From assembly GCA_036759285.1 (NCBI GenBank), contig DAIOUZ010000005.1, positions 1 to 33,331 on the forward strand: a DNA stretch of 33,331 nucleotides, written 5' to 3'. The notes under the pieces were generated by a model, which did no database searches, had not been told where the DNA came from, and saw nothing but the letters and a program-made list of their open reading frames with translations. Origin of the DNA: Candidatus Limiplasma sp. Its GTDB lineage: Bacteria; Bacteroidota; Bacteroidia; Bacteroidales; F082. Every line of letters starts with the position of its first letter. Positions within the stretch are counted from its first letter, which is position 1. Below, piece after piece: positions 15,635 through 25,100 of the stretch. Made by a program: the position numbers and the translations under genes.

Positions 15635-16972
15635 CTATGGTTCAATATACTCCATCTGGTTTGTTGAGCCTTTGAAGATGTAGCCACATTGGTTCTCAAT
15701 CTCCATTTCCTCCAAGGGCAGCATGTTTTGTTTGCCGAAAGTTCGTTCAGCTATTGTGATGAACTCCACAATATACATGTAGCTGCCATGAAACTCGTAG
15801 GCTTTCATTCTGCCTGTCTGGTTGCCTTCTTCGTCCATTTCGGGAATACCAATCAAGCACTTAATCCAATTGTTATTGCCCTTTGCATCGGATTTCATGT
15901 CATAGTCGAAGATTGTAAACATTTTGCCTTCAAGTTCTTTTGGAGCAATATTCGGAGCATCCAATTTGCGGTTAATTTTGATTTTTTCGGTAAGTTGTCT
16001 CAGTTTCATTTTCTGTTCTATTTTTAGCATTAGATTGTATGCGTCTGCATGTCTCATCAGGCCGTAGTAACTCGCCCATGATTTGTCGTTTCTGCATTTA
16101 GATGCACGGGTACGAATGTTATGCCGAATGGTGGTGTAGCCTTTGTTATGGTCTGTAACGCCACGATCAGGGTTTCTGTGGACGATGTAGCCGCAAAACG
16201 ACACTTCCTTTGTCAGTGGCTGTAACCTGATGGCCGAGGCTTTGGCTCTAATCTGCAACTTATACCACCAAAAGTTCTGTACACGCCATTTCAGTTGGTT
16301 GGCATCCTCTTTGGTATAGGTAGCAAAGAGGCAGTCGTCAGCGTAGCGCATTGCAAATGGAGCCACTTGCTTGCTCCATAAATCAAACCCCAGCATGACA
16401 ATATGGTGGATGAGGGGTGAGGTCGGAGTGCCGATAGGCAAGTGCCCGTCAACAAAACTGACAGCAATACCGAACTCTATCAGTTCACGGTCGCCAGTCA
16501 ACCCCCGCATCGCCTTGCGAAATATCTTTGGGGTGATATGCTCATAGCATTTCCTCTGATCGATGATTAGGCCATAGGTCAAATCGCGTCTGTCATACAT
16601 CAGATGCTTCAGCCGATGGATGACAGAGTTAGCCCGTTCTGATGATGTGATTCCACAACCAGGCTTGCAGTTGATGCCGTTTTTGTTGTCGTGCCAGTCA
16701 TAATAAGGCTTGGCCAACAATATGAAAAGGTGCTGCAAAACAAACGGGAAAAGAAAAGGCGATTTTATATGCCGAGTTTTTCCGTTCGGGTTCTGCTTAG
16801 TGAGTGTTCTATACTTGAGTTGTTTGCGGTACCAGCCATTGGTTATAGATGCCATGACGGACTCGGCATAGGCTTCCGCGTTGGCCATCATGCGCTCCAC
16901 CTCCTTTTTGTTGGAGTGGCCTTTGGCCGCATTGGTCATCGCGGCAAGCACTATGTCCTTCGTCACTCTCAT
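15635..16972 (-). CDS. DGR reverse transcriptase (445 aa)
   Basis: RT motifs present are NPNGKTRHIKSP, IIDQRKCYEHI, LPIGTPTSPLIHHIVM and MRYADDCLF (YADD). It lies 150 nt downstream of the TR on the same strand. Confidence 0.9.
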   Translation of the reverse strand: MRVTKDIVLAAMTNAAKGHSNKKEVERMMANAEAYAESVMASITNGWYRKQLKYRTLTKQNPNGKTRHIKSPFLFPFVLQHLFILLAKPYYDWHDNKNGINCKPGCGITSSERANSVIHRLKHLMYDRRDLTYGLIIDQRKCYEHITPKIFRKAMRGLTGDRELIEFGIAVSFVDGHLPIGTPTSPLIHHIVMLGFDLWSKQVAPFAMRYADDCLFATYTKEDANQLKWRVQNFWWYKLQIRAKASAIRLQPLTKEVSFCGYIVHRNPDRGVTDHNKGYTTIRHNIRTRASKCRNDKSWASYYGLMRHADAYNLMLKIEQKMKLRQLTEKIKINRKLDAPNIAPKELEGKMFTIFDYDMKSDAKGNNNWIKCLIGIPEMDEEGNQTGRMKAYEFHGSYMYIVEFITIAERTFGKQNMLPLEEMEIENQCGYIFKGSTNQMEYIEP

Positions 16973-17122
16973 GGCTCAATGTCAAGTTTGAGCAGTCGGC
17001 AAGAATCAGGCATTTCAACCAAATCTTGCCACTGGCCTCAGCCTTTCGGCTCGCCAGCTTGTCTATGTATGTCTGCCGCTTCTGGGCACGGGTGACAGGC
17101 AATCTTTATTCCATTGCTCATA

Positions 17123-17232
17123 CTTTAGCAGAAGCGCAATAGTACGCATTCGTGTTGGCTACCGTGTTGTTCGCATTGAGATAACGCGCTGACAAATTGC
17201 TGTTGTTAGCGTTGTTGCCACAGCGGACACCT
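17123..17232 (-). repeat. DGR template repeat (TR), 110 bp
   Basis: 101/110 identical to 17421-17530 at a constant offset of 298. All 9 differences are at coding-strand adenines of this copy. In frame it reads ...GNNANNSNLSARYLNANNTVANTNAYYCASAK (AAC/AAT-rich). Confidence 0.9.
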
Positions 17233-17306
17233 GCCTGTCGCCCTTTGTTTGTCCTCACGCCTTCGGAGGTGCGGTCACTATGCCGCACTCGTGCGCTACG
17301 ACGCGG

Positions 17307-17314
17307 CAAAAATA
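17307..17314 (-). promoter_or_regulatory. Candidate -7 box TATTTTTG upstream of TR (promoter for the TR-RT transcript)
   Basis: The plus strand reads caaaaata. It sits between the target-gene terminator and the TR. Confidence 0.35.
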
Positions 17315-17324
17315 GGAAAATTTC

Positions 17325-17349
17325 AAAAAAAAACCGCCCTTTGGGGCGG
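17325..17349 (-). terminator. Rho-independent terminator of the DGR target gene
   Basis: The minus strand reads CCGCCC-CAAA-GGGCGG followed by T9 (17325-17333). Confidence 0.7.
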
Positions 17350-17357
17350 TAAGGGTC

Positions 17358-17374
17358 GGGCGATTGCATCGCCC
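17358..17374. other. GC hairpin GGGCGA-TTGCA-TCGCCC just downstream of the VR/target stop
   Basis: 6-bp perfect stem with a 5-nt loop. It is part of a run of phased TTGCA motifs. Confidence 0.5.
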
Positions 17375-17400
17375 TTGCAGCCGTTGCACGGCGTTGCACG

Positions 17401-20400
17401 CTATTGCACATCCAACAAAACTTGAGCAGAAGCGCAATAGTACGCAGACGTGTTGGCTACCGTGCTGTACGCATTGAGATAACGCGCTGACAAATAGCTG
17501 TTGCTAGCGTTGAAGCCACAGCGGACACCTACACGGGTTTTCTTTCCCGCGCTACCCCAGTAGTTGGCCATGTAGCCGTAGCCGCACTCGCCTTTGCCGA
17601 AGGTTGCACCTTGCGTGACTGGCAACGGCGTGTTTGGCAAGCGACGGCGAATGTAACCATTGGCACGGGTGACAATGCTTCCTGCGTAACGGTATTTGTC
17701 CTCAAAGCCTGACGGAAATTTTTCTCCAATGTTGACGCTGGTGTTGCCTTCGTTGACCCACTTTTCTTGGTCAGGTTCAATGTAGGCTTTCAGCGTATAG
17801 CCGTAACTGCCACTGGAAGGTGCAGTCTTACACTCGCCCAAAACTTCAATTCCACCTCCCCAATATGGACCGATATCACCTGACATGTCGCATCCAAGCA
17901 TCAATCCAGTACGCAGGCAGCATTCTACCGTGAAGGTTTCAGGGGTGCCGTTCGCGTCACTATAGGCGGCAAATTCACCCGTCACAATTTTGTACACCCT
18001 TGCGTTCATGTAGCCATCGGCCACGGTGGGAGGCGTGAAAGTGGATGTGGTCGGGTCGACATACCACCACACGCAACCGTTGAACTCAAACTTTTCGCCT
18101 GCGGCAATGCCGAACTCGACGGCAAACGACACGGCAATCTGAGCCTCCAAAGTCTTAGCGTGAGGACCATAGGAGGTCAACATGGCGGCCATGTCGGTAG
18201 TTTTGTATGTGCTGCCGTCTTTGTAATAGATTTTGCCGCTTCCTCCCCAATTCTTGTATGTCCATTCGCTGTCACCTGAGGCTTTAATGCGTACACCGCC
18301 TCTTGCAAGCCATTGGCTTTCTTCGCCACATGCGTCAACGGCGGTGATGCCGCTGCTGAAACGAGCATACGAGCAAAGATATTTCGTCCCCAAGGCTGTC
18401 TCGATGCAACGCAAGAATGTGTTGCGGGCGTGCCATCCACCTTCGGACACAGGGAATGGAGCCGTAGTGTCGTGGTTGTTTCTTCGTGCCGTGGTCTTGG
18501 CATCAATCTGGCTGTATCCCGAAGTCGGATAGTGGCCATTGTCGTAAAACATGGCACAGTTCGAGGCATAGCCTTTTCTTCCTCTAACACCTGTCAAACT
18601 CGACGGATAATTGTAGAAGAAACTGCGGAGCTTATTTACGGAGTTCTCACTGATGGCCGTGGCGGGTGACGGGCAGATACCCGTAGGTTTCAAAGCAAAG
18701 GTCTTCACGTCAACACCGTCCCACACATTCGCGTTAGCACCAAGAATACCGTTCCACTCCTTGCCCGATGATCCAACCACATTGTCGAGAAGAAATACTT
18801 CATCTTTACGGCCAACGAAAATAGAGTATTTCGTTTCGACAGTTTCCCATGGCATGAGATAGTGAGAGACTTCCACATAGGTGGTTTCCTCGTTTTCGGT
18901 CACGGCCTTATAGAGAGTGGGGTGAGTGAGTTTCTTCACGCCATCCACGATTGCGATACTGCAAAGCGCAAGGAAAGTCTCAGGGTCGAAAGAGCCTGCT
19001 GCGCAATATTGGTTCTGCCCCTCGTTGTCGGTGTAAAGTGCGTTGGCCATGCATTCGTCGCGCATTGCTGTGGTAATGCCCACAACGGGTGCCCAATTGC
19101 CGTAAATATCACGTAACCAGTTGTTTTTACGTAACTCCATCACTGGGCGCTTCTTCGTCTCGCCTTCCACGGCTGTCATGTCAACGATGAAAGGTCGCCA
19201 ATCCAATGCCCATTCCTTATTTCCGAACACTGCCAAGGCTTCTGGGTTGTCCTGGTCTGTCGGACTGGCCGTGTTTGCGTTTTCAAGCCAAGCACCGACA
19301 CAATAGAGCGGTTTGGTATATGATTGCTCATCCAATTCAGCCATGACCAACTTGAATTCCTTCATCATGGTTCTAACGCTGTCTTTGAAGCCAATCATAT
19401 AACTGATAACAATCGTCCCGGTGGATGACTCGCCACCAACCACTTCTTCGGTCCCCATGTCGTTAGGCATTTTTCCTGTCGGGTTAATCGAGTGTGTTCC
19501 CGTGACGGGAGTTGCGATTTGGTAATCTACATATAAACCAGCGAATGCAGTTGCAGGGTCAATCTGTTCCTCACTGTCGAAAACGAGTTTGTAGCCGTCA
19601 AGTGTAACGCCCTCAATGTCGCTTCGGATGAGACCGTCACGCATGGCCGCGTATGTTCCTGATGTCGGCAAGCTCGCCGTGTATCGATAACCGCTCGTTG
19701 CCTGTCCTTCGCCCTCAATGACTTCGCCCTCAATCTCGGTTTCAGTCCATGTGAGGCTTGTCAGAAGTTGTGCAGCTATATTTCTCTCATAAGTTCCGCC
19801 GCCTTCAGGATAGATGATAATGCTGTCGAAGATACCGCTATTACCTTGTTCGATGCCCCTAAGGATAAGGCAGGTCTTCCCGTTGATTGTAGTGGTTTGA
19901 AATTTGCTCGTAAGGGCTGAAACGGCCACGACAAGTTCCACAGGAGTGGTGTACTCAGTAAATATATCATAATCCTTGCTCCATGCCAGATGCGCAGAAA
20001 TGTCAGCCAGCACAGCGGAATTGGTCAATTCTATGACCAAATATCCCTCATCAGGAAGGTAGAATGTGTGCGGGTGTCCTGTTGCCACATGGCTTTCAAC
20101 GGCATTGACTTCGGAACCGTCAGATGGGAGCGTGGTCGAATGCCAAACTCCGACAACAACTCCGTCACCGACTTTCAGATTGTTTCCGTTTCTATCGGTA
20201 ATCAGATAACCGTTGTTTTTCTCTGCCGTACCCCATTCTCCGAACTCGCATTTCGGACAGCGGATGATGCATAATTTATTGTTGCCTGATCCGATAGTGC
20301 CTCCGCTTACCTCGCCAAGGAAATAACCGTTTGTTTTACCTGAAGACCATGCTGCTGGATTCAGTTGGTTGCTTCCGTTCCATCTCATGGCGTTGATTTT

Positions 20401-20874
20401 GAAAGCCTCGCTTTCGGCACCGCCGCAACCTCCAATGAGTTGTAATAGTAGGGCTTCTTTGCTACTATCGATGCTCTCGTTGCCCGCTGTGGTCCTTATG
20501 ACGAATTTGTCTTTTACCGTAACGCGGTCGTTGAGAGAAACGAGGTCGCCAGCGATAAGGTTTGGATAGGTTCCATTAGCTGTGACAAGATTAGGGAACG
20601 TGCCGTTGGCAATGGCATCAAGCAGGTTTGTTTCATGCCAATGGTTCTCATTCCAATCTTCATGAGGGCTGATTGCCACGATACACTCATAGAGTTTTCC
20701 ATCCCTCGTGCAATGGTCTCCGACAGCGTAAGGGGCATTCGGATCATAAGCAGGAGAAATGGCCTCCATGTTTGCTCTCAGATGAGGATAAATCCCTTCA
20801 TCATCAAAAAAGGTTGGGTGTCCCCAGTGATTTCGGTGGCCACCCCATTGATTTCTTGTGCTGTTGTCTGACAT
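17401..20874 (-). CDS. DGR target: 1157-aa tail fiber/receptor-binding-like protein with C-terminal variable region
   Basis: A large ORF in the tail module. The last ~40 codons (...VGVRCGFNASNSYLSARYLNAYSTVANTSAYYCASAQV) are the VR. A C-type-lectin-like fold is an inference only. Confidence 0.85.
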   Translation of the reverse strand: MSDNSTRNQWGGHRNHWGHPTFFDDEGIYPHLRANMEAISPAYDPNAPYAVGDHCTRDGKLYECIVAISPHEDWNENHWHETNLLDAIANGTFPNLVTANGTYPNLIAGDLVSLNDRVTVKDKFVIRTTAGNESIDSSKEALLLQLIGGCGGAESEAFKINAMRWNGSNQLNPAAWSSGKTNGYFLGEVSGGTIGSGNNKLCIIRCPKCEFGEWGTAEKNNGYLITDRNGNNLKVGDGVVVGVWHSTTLPSDGSEVNAVESHVATGHPHTFYLPDEGYLVIELTNSAVLADISAHLAWSKDYDIFTEYTTPVELVVAVSALTSKFQTTTINGKTCLILRGIEQGNSGIFDSIIIYPEGGGTYERNIAAQLLTSLTWTETEIEGEVIEGEGQATSGYRYTASLPTSGTYAAMRDGLIRSDIEGVTLDGYKLVFDSEEQIDPATAFAGLYVDYQIATPVTGTHSINPTGKMPNDMGTEEVVGGESSTGTIVISYMIGFKDSVRTMMKEFKLVMAELDEQSYTKPLYCVGAWLENANTASPTDQDNPEALAVFGNKEWALDWRPFIVDMTAVEGETKKRPVMELRKNNWLRDIYGNWAPVVGITTAMRDECMANALYTDNEGQNQYCAAGSFDPETFLALCSIAIVDGVKKLTHPTLYKAVTENEETTYVEVSHYLMPWETVETKYSIFVGRKDEVFLLDNVVGSSGKEWNGILGANANVWDGVDVKTFALKPTGICPSPATAISENSVNKLRSFFYNYPSSLTGVRGRKGYASNCAMFYDNGHYPTSGYSQIDAKTTARRNNHDTTAPFPVSEGGWHARNTFLRCIETALGTKYLCSYARFSSGITAVDACGEESQWLARGGVRIKASGDSEWTYKNWGGSGKIYYKDGSTYKTTDMAAMLTSYGPHAKTLEAQIAVSFAVEFGIAAGEKFEFNGCVWWYVDPTTSTFTPPTVADGYMNARVYKIVTGEFAAYSDANGTPETFTVECCLRTGLMLGCDMSGDIGPYWGGGIEVLGECKTAPSSGSYGYTLKAYIEPDQEKWVNEGNTSVNIGEKFPSGFEDKYRYAGSIVTRANGYIRRRLPNTPLPVTQGATFGKGECGYGYMANYWGSAGKKTRVGVRCGFNASNSYLSARYLNAYSTVANTSAYYCASAQVLLDVQ
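17421..17530 (-). repeat. DGR variable repeat (VR), 110 bp
   Basis: Cognate of the TR. Substitutions give N->F,S,Y,Y,S,S and K->Q relative to the TR reading frame. Confidence 0.9.
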
Positions 20875-20877
20875 GGC

Positions 20878-21150
20878 TTATTCGTATTTTATGTAGGCTC
20901 CCGTGAGGCTGCCTGTGGTTGTGATTTTGTAATATGAATACCTACTCAGATCGGCTTCAATGTTGATGGAACCGATTGGAGGAATGGTGAACTGCTTCAA
21001 CTCCTCGTCATAATGGCTGTCATCGGCTGAATAATGCAGCGTCAACGTACCTGAACCAAAAAACAGGAAGTGTGCAAAGTTGGCTTTCGCTTGAAACGGC
21101 TTCACATTGCCGTTTTCCAATTCGAGTTTAATCAGTTTTGATGTGTCCAT
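20878..21150 (-). CDS. Hypothetical small tail-module protein (90 aa)
   Basis: It tightly packs between the Dit-like gene and the DGR target. It is acidic and beta-rich and does not resemble Avd. Confidence 0.55.
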   Translation of the reverse strand: MDTSKLIKLELENGNVKPFQAKANFAHFLFFGSGTLTLHYSADDSHYDEELKQFTIPPIGSINIEADLSRYSYYKITTTGSLTGAYIKYE

Positions 21151-21182
21151 TGTCTTTGAATGTTATAAGGTTATAAAATCTA

Positions 21183-22136
21183 TTATTCATCAGGTTCAGG
21201 TGCTATGACCTGCCTGTATGTAAAGCATAATGTCAGCGTGAATTCAAGCCAAATCTTGTCAGTAGGGTAGAAGGTCGTCACTTGACATGACTTATAATAG
21301 CAATAGAACTGTCCTGGCTGTGGGACGATAATCATTCCCTCTGGTGTGTAGTCGGCTCCTTGTGCATAGAGGACGCGCTCATCAGGTTTCGTTAGGTCGA
21401 ATAGGAGAGCATCCCAGTTCTGCCAAAGTTCAGAAATTGTTGCAGCCCTCATCAGACATTTCAACCTGACATCACGGCTCTTGTATTTCGGCACGGCTTC
21501 ATCGTCATAGATAACACCATTCAAAACCTTGATGTCACGCTTCATGGCCTCTTTGATATTACCATGTTTCAGCACTTCCGAAAGGCTTCCTTGCAATACA
21601 CGGACACCATAGTCGGTCAGTTTCTTTCCGTCAATTTTATATTCATCGAGAGACTCTATCTCGCTTTCGGGAGCCAGATATTCATATTCAGGAAGAGGTG
21701 TGTCGTCGGCGAATTTCACGGCGAGAAAACCGAGTTCCGCTGCATAGTCGAGGCTTGCATAGGAAAGAAGACGAAGCGCGTATGTGCGCCCGCCAAGGCT
21801 GTTGAATTTGAAAGTGTGGTAAACGGATGATTTCAGATATGTAACAAAATCTTTCAGTACGGTTACAGAACACTCTTTCATTGCAAAATTTAGTGTCAGG
21901 TCACGGCTGGCAAGTTTTGGTTCGGACAGGTCGGTTTCCACGCCGTCGCTTTCATGCCATGTGTTTTCGGTGACAGGCTTCATCTTCGGCCATTGTATAA
22001 GGCTCTCGAGTTTTCCCGTAATCCAAACGCCCCACTCATCATAGGCATCATATTCGTCTATGTCGAGCCTTCCTGACAAAGTGAAAGGGTCAACTTGTGG
22101 TTGTGGATCTGGCGGTTGTATGTCTCTAAATGGCAT
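21183..22136 (-). CDS. Distal tail protein (Dit)-like
   Basis: Called on position directly after the tape measure and on size (317 aa). Assignment is mostly by synteny. Confidence 0.5.
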   Translation of the reverse strand: MPFRDIQPPDPQPQVDPFTLSGRLDIDEYDAYDEWGVWITGKLESLIQWPKMKPVTENTWHESDGVETDLSEPKLASRDLTLNFAMKECSVTVLKDFVTYLKSSVYHTFKFNSLGGRTYALRLLSYASLDYAAELGFLAVKFADDTPLPEYEYLAPESEIESLDEYKIDGKKLTDYGVRVLQGSLSEVLKHGNIKEAMKRDIKVLNGVIYDDEAVPKYKSRDVRLKCLMRAATISELWQNWDALLFDLTKPDERVLYAQGADYTPEGMIIVPQPGQFYCYYKSCQVTTFYPTDKIWLEFTLTLCFTYRQVIAPEPDE

Positions 22137-22155
22137 AATGCTTTCCTTTCATCCG

Positions 22156-25100
22156 TTATCTGATTCTAATGCCGTTCAGCCTGAAATCGTCAAGCGTGTT
22201 GCGCATTTGTGTTGTCATGGTCTCCATATTGTTGATTCGGCTTCCCATCTCATTTATATCTTGTTCTATGTGCATCACGCTTTGCATGATGTTGGCCGTG
22301 TTCTGCTGTATGAGGATGGTGTTCTCACTGATGGAGTAAGTGTGGCTTTGTACGGCTGTCATGCGTCCGTTGAGTTCATCCACACTGTCTTGAGACGCCT
22401 GGGCAATGCCTGTAGCGGTATCGCCAACTCTTGGGTCCTCAAAATATGGTGCCAACGACTCAAGAATTTGCTGATAGTATGGGATTTCTTCATCAATTTT
22501 TCCCAACGCCTCTTGAACTAACAACAAAACAGCAGCGGCTGAGTCTGCGTCAAGAACACCGCCGTACTCTGTATCTATTGTGTACATGATGGATTCTTCA
22601 AGTGCCTTGAAAACCCTGTCGTACATCAAATTCTTAATCAAATCTTTGGCCATTTTCTTTGCTACATCCGAAACCACATTGCCAAAGTCAACGGCAGCTT
22701 GACCACTTTCAATAAAAGCATCAATCATTTGGTCTGCAAGTGAGTCGGCAATTTGTCCGAAAATGCCACTCATGTAATCAGCAATTTGCTGCATGGCATC
22801 TGCATATTGATTGCTGAGTTCTATCGCGGCCTCAATCCATGCTCTATCCTCATCATTTAGTTCTGTGTATGTGTCAAGAATTTGTTGTAATACTTCTGCA
22901 TCCAAATTTCCGTACTTGTCATACAAATCATCCGCATTATAGCCCATCTTTTCGACCAATTCGGTAAGACTGGCTACATCATCTTCTATTCCGAACCAAT
23001 TCCAAAACGCCCCTACATCATTAAAGGTCATCATTCTATCCGATGGATCAATATTTGCAGCATGTATCTGTGGATATTTTTTTAGGTTTGCATAATCTCT
23101 CAAATTATCGGACATATTTAGAAGACGGATATTGTCCTTTATTTCGGTCAAAGCACTTAATGTACTATTGAAATCACCAAGACTGTCGGAGCCAAAGAAC
23201 GCGCCCCATTTGTCAGATTCCGTCACTGATTGCATCATGTCGTTAATCTTCTTCAATGCCGTAGCAAGGTAACTGTTTTCCACGGCTTTTCCGACCGCTT
23301 CATCTTGCGCTGCCAATTCAAGGAGATTAGATGCGACCCAACCGACTGCGTTAATAAGCGCACCAATCCAGCCACCACTTTCAAATCCTTGTATTACTGT
23401 ACCTGCGAGACTTGATATTTCTTCCAATCCTTCTGCGAAATTGCTTAAATCCGACTTGCCAGCAGCAATACCAACATCCTTTATTTTTGAGGCCAATTCT
23501 CCTAAATCGTCAGCAATTTTTGAATAATCAAGGTTTTCAAGATACTCTTTACTCCTTTCGAGACCTTCTTTCCATATATCGGCAAGTGTTCTCGCTGGTT
23601 TGGTTGCATCCTTTGTCCTCTTCTCAATGTCCTGTATTTGTTTGATGATTTCCGTCAATGTCTTTAGCAATTCTTTGTAGGTATCAGTCCCGTCTTCGCC
23701 TTTCTGAATTGCATGAGAAATGGCTTCTTCAATCTCTGCCTGCTTGGCATAAAGAGTGGCAAGTTCTCCTGCAGCATTCACTTGTTCAGCCAATGCTGAA
23801 TTTATTTCTGCCTCACTTGCACCTGCTTTTCTCAATTTCCCAATATAACTGTCATAAGCCTTGTTGATTGCCGCCATGCGCTCTTCCACGTTTGCATAGG
23901 CTGTGTCATCGATTTCATCAAGGTCAACTTCAAGTTCAGCACGGAATTTGGTATGTTGGAAAATTTCCAATTGACTGAGGATGGTATGGATTCTATTGAC
24001 CGCATCCTGATCATCAACATCGATTTCGACTTCAACAGGCTTGCCTTGAATCAATTCAAGCGATTCGAGCAGTTTGCCAAAGTCGACACCGCTGGTGTCA
24101 ACACCGAGTTCGATGGACTTGTCACGTATTTCTTCAAGTCTTTCTTTCAGGTCCGAAATTGATTCTTCATCAGCATCAATACCAATGCTTACGACTTCCT
24201 CCTTCCATTTTTCAAGCAGTTCAGAAATCTCTTTCTGTGCCTCACTGCCATCCGCCGTGATGTTCACATAGGAAGAAAACGCTTTGTCAAGCAACTTGGC
24301 TCGCTCGTCGGCCAATCCTTTGGCGATTGCCTTGGACGTATTGCCAAACTCCATTTCCATGCGAAGACGCTTTTGGTCATAGGTTTGATAGTCGGCCAAC
24401 ATTACATCCAAGGCTTTCTTGTTGGCCTGCGCCAATGCGTTTTCAGCAAGTCGACCGTATTCGGCCAGCATAGCCTTTTGGCTGTCGGTCAGGTCGTCAT
24501 AGGTGATTGAGGCACGGAAAGCCAACTGCTGTTCTTTGTTCGCCTTCGGATGAGCAATCATCCACTCGTTCAGTTTTTCGTCCCTCATCCGTTCCACCAT
24601 CTGACGCTGCCGTTCCTCGTTTGCGGCAATGAGCCGGTCATAGTCGAGTTGAGCCTGTTTGATCTGTCTGTCGAATCCTTCCTTTTGTGCGTTGATGGCT
24701 GCCTGCCTGATTTCAAACTCAGCGGCCTGCTCTTCCTTTATCCTCGCCTGTACATAGTCCTCCATTTTTGCCCTACGCTCAGCGGTTTCATCCGCTAACC
24801 TTCCATTGTCCTTGTATGAAACAGAATATGCAGCTATTTTTCTTTCGGCTTGGGCAATTTGCTTTCTAATCTCAGCCGCTTTTTGTGTGGCAAGCTCGGC
24901 ATCGGTCAAGGCTGCGAGTTCGTCTTCTTTCTTTTTTTTGAAGGCTTCCCAATATGCCTTGTTCCTCTTTTCTTCTTGATTCTCCACAGGTGGAGGAGGG
25001 GTCTGCTTATTTGATTCAGGAAAATAGATTGCCATTTGGGAGTCTATGAACTGCTGACGAGCTGCTTCGTCTGTTGTATAAACAGACAGTGCGATTTGCT

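Noticed and set aside
16809-17102. 97-aa ORF in the TR-RT spacer, considered as an Avd-like accessory gene.
   Set aside because: It overlaps the RT gene by 164 nt in another frame. It is Cys/Gln-rich in the overlapping part and does not look like a basic four-helix bundle. The spacer is more likely non-coding DGR RNA.
17282-17291. 10-mer gccgcactcg is shared between the TR-upstream region and the VR-upstream region (17581-17590) at offset 299. This could mean a longer TR.
   Set aside because: The flanking sequence does not align. The offset differs by 1 from the TR/VR register. A single 10-mer is compatible with chance or an old remnant.
17118-17411. 97-aa ORF covering TR and the VR-TR spacer. 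It could be mistaken for a small DGR accessory gene.
   Set aside because: Its C-terminal part is simply the TR read in the VR frame (..GNNANNSNLSARYLNANN..). The rest spans a terminator hairpin and a promoter-like box. It is an artefact of TR/VR homology.
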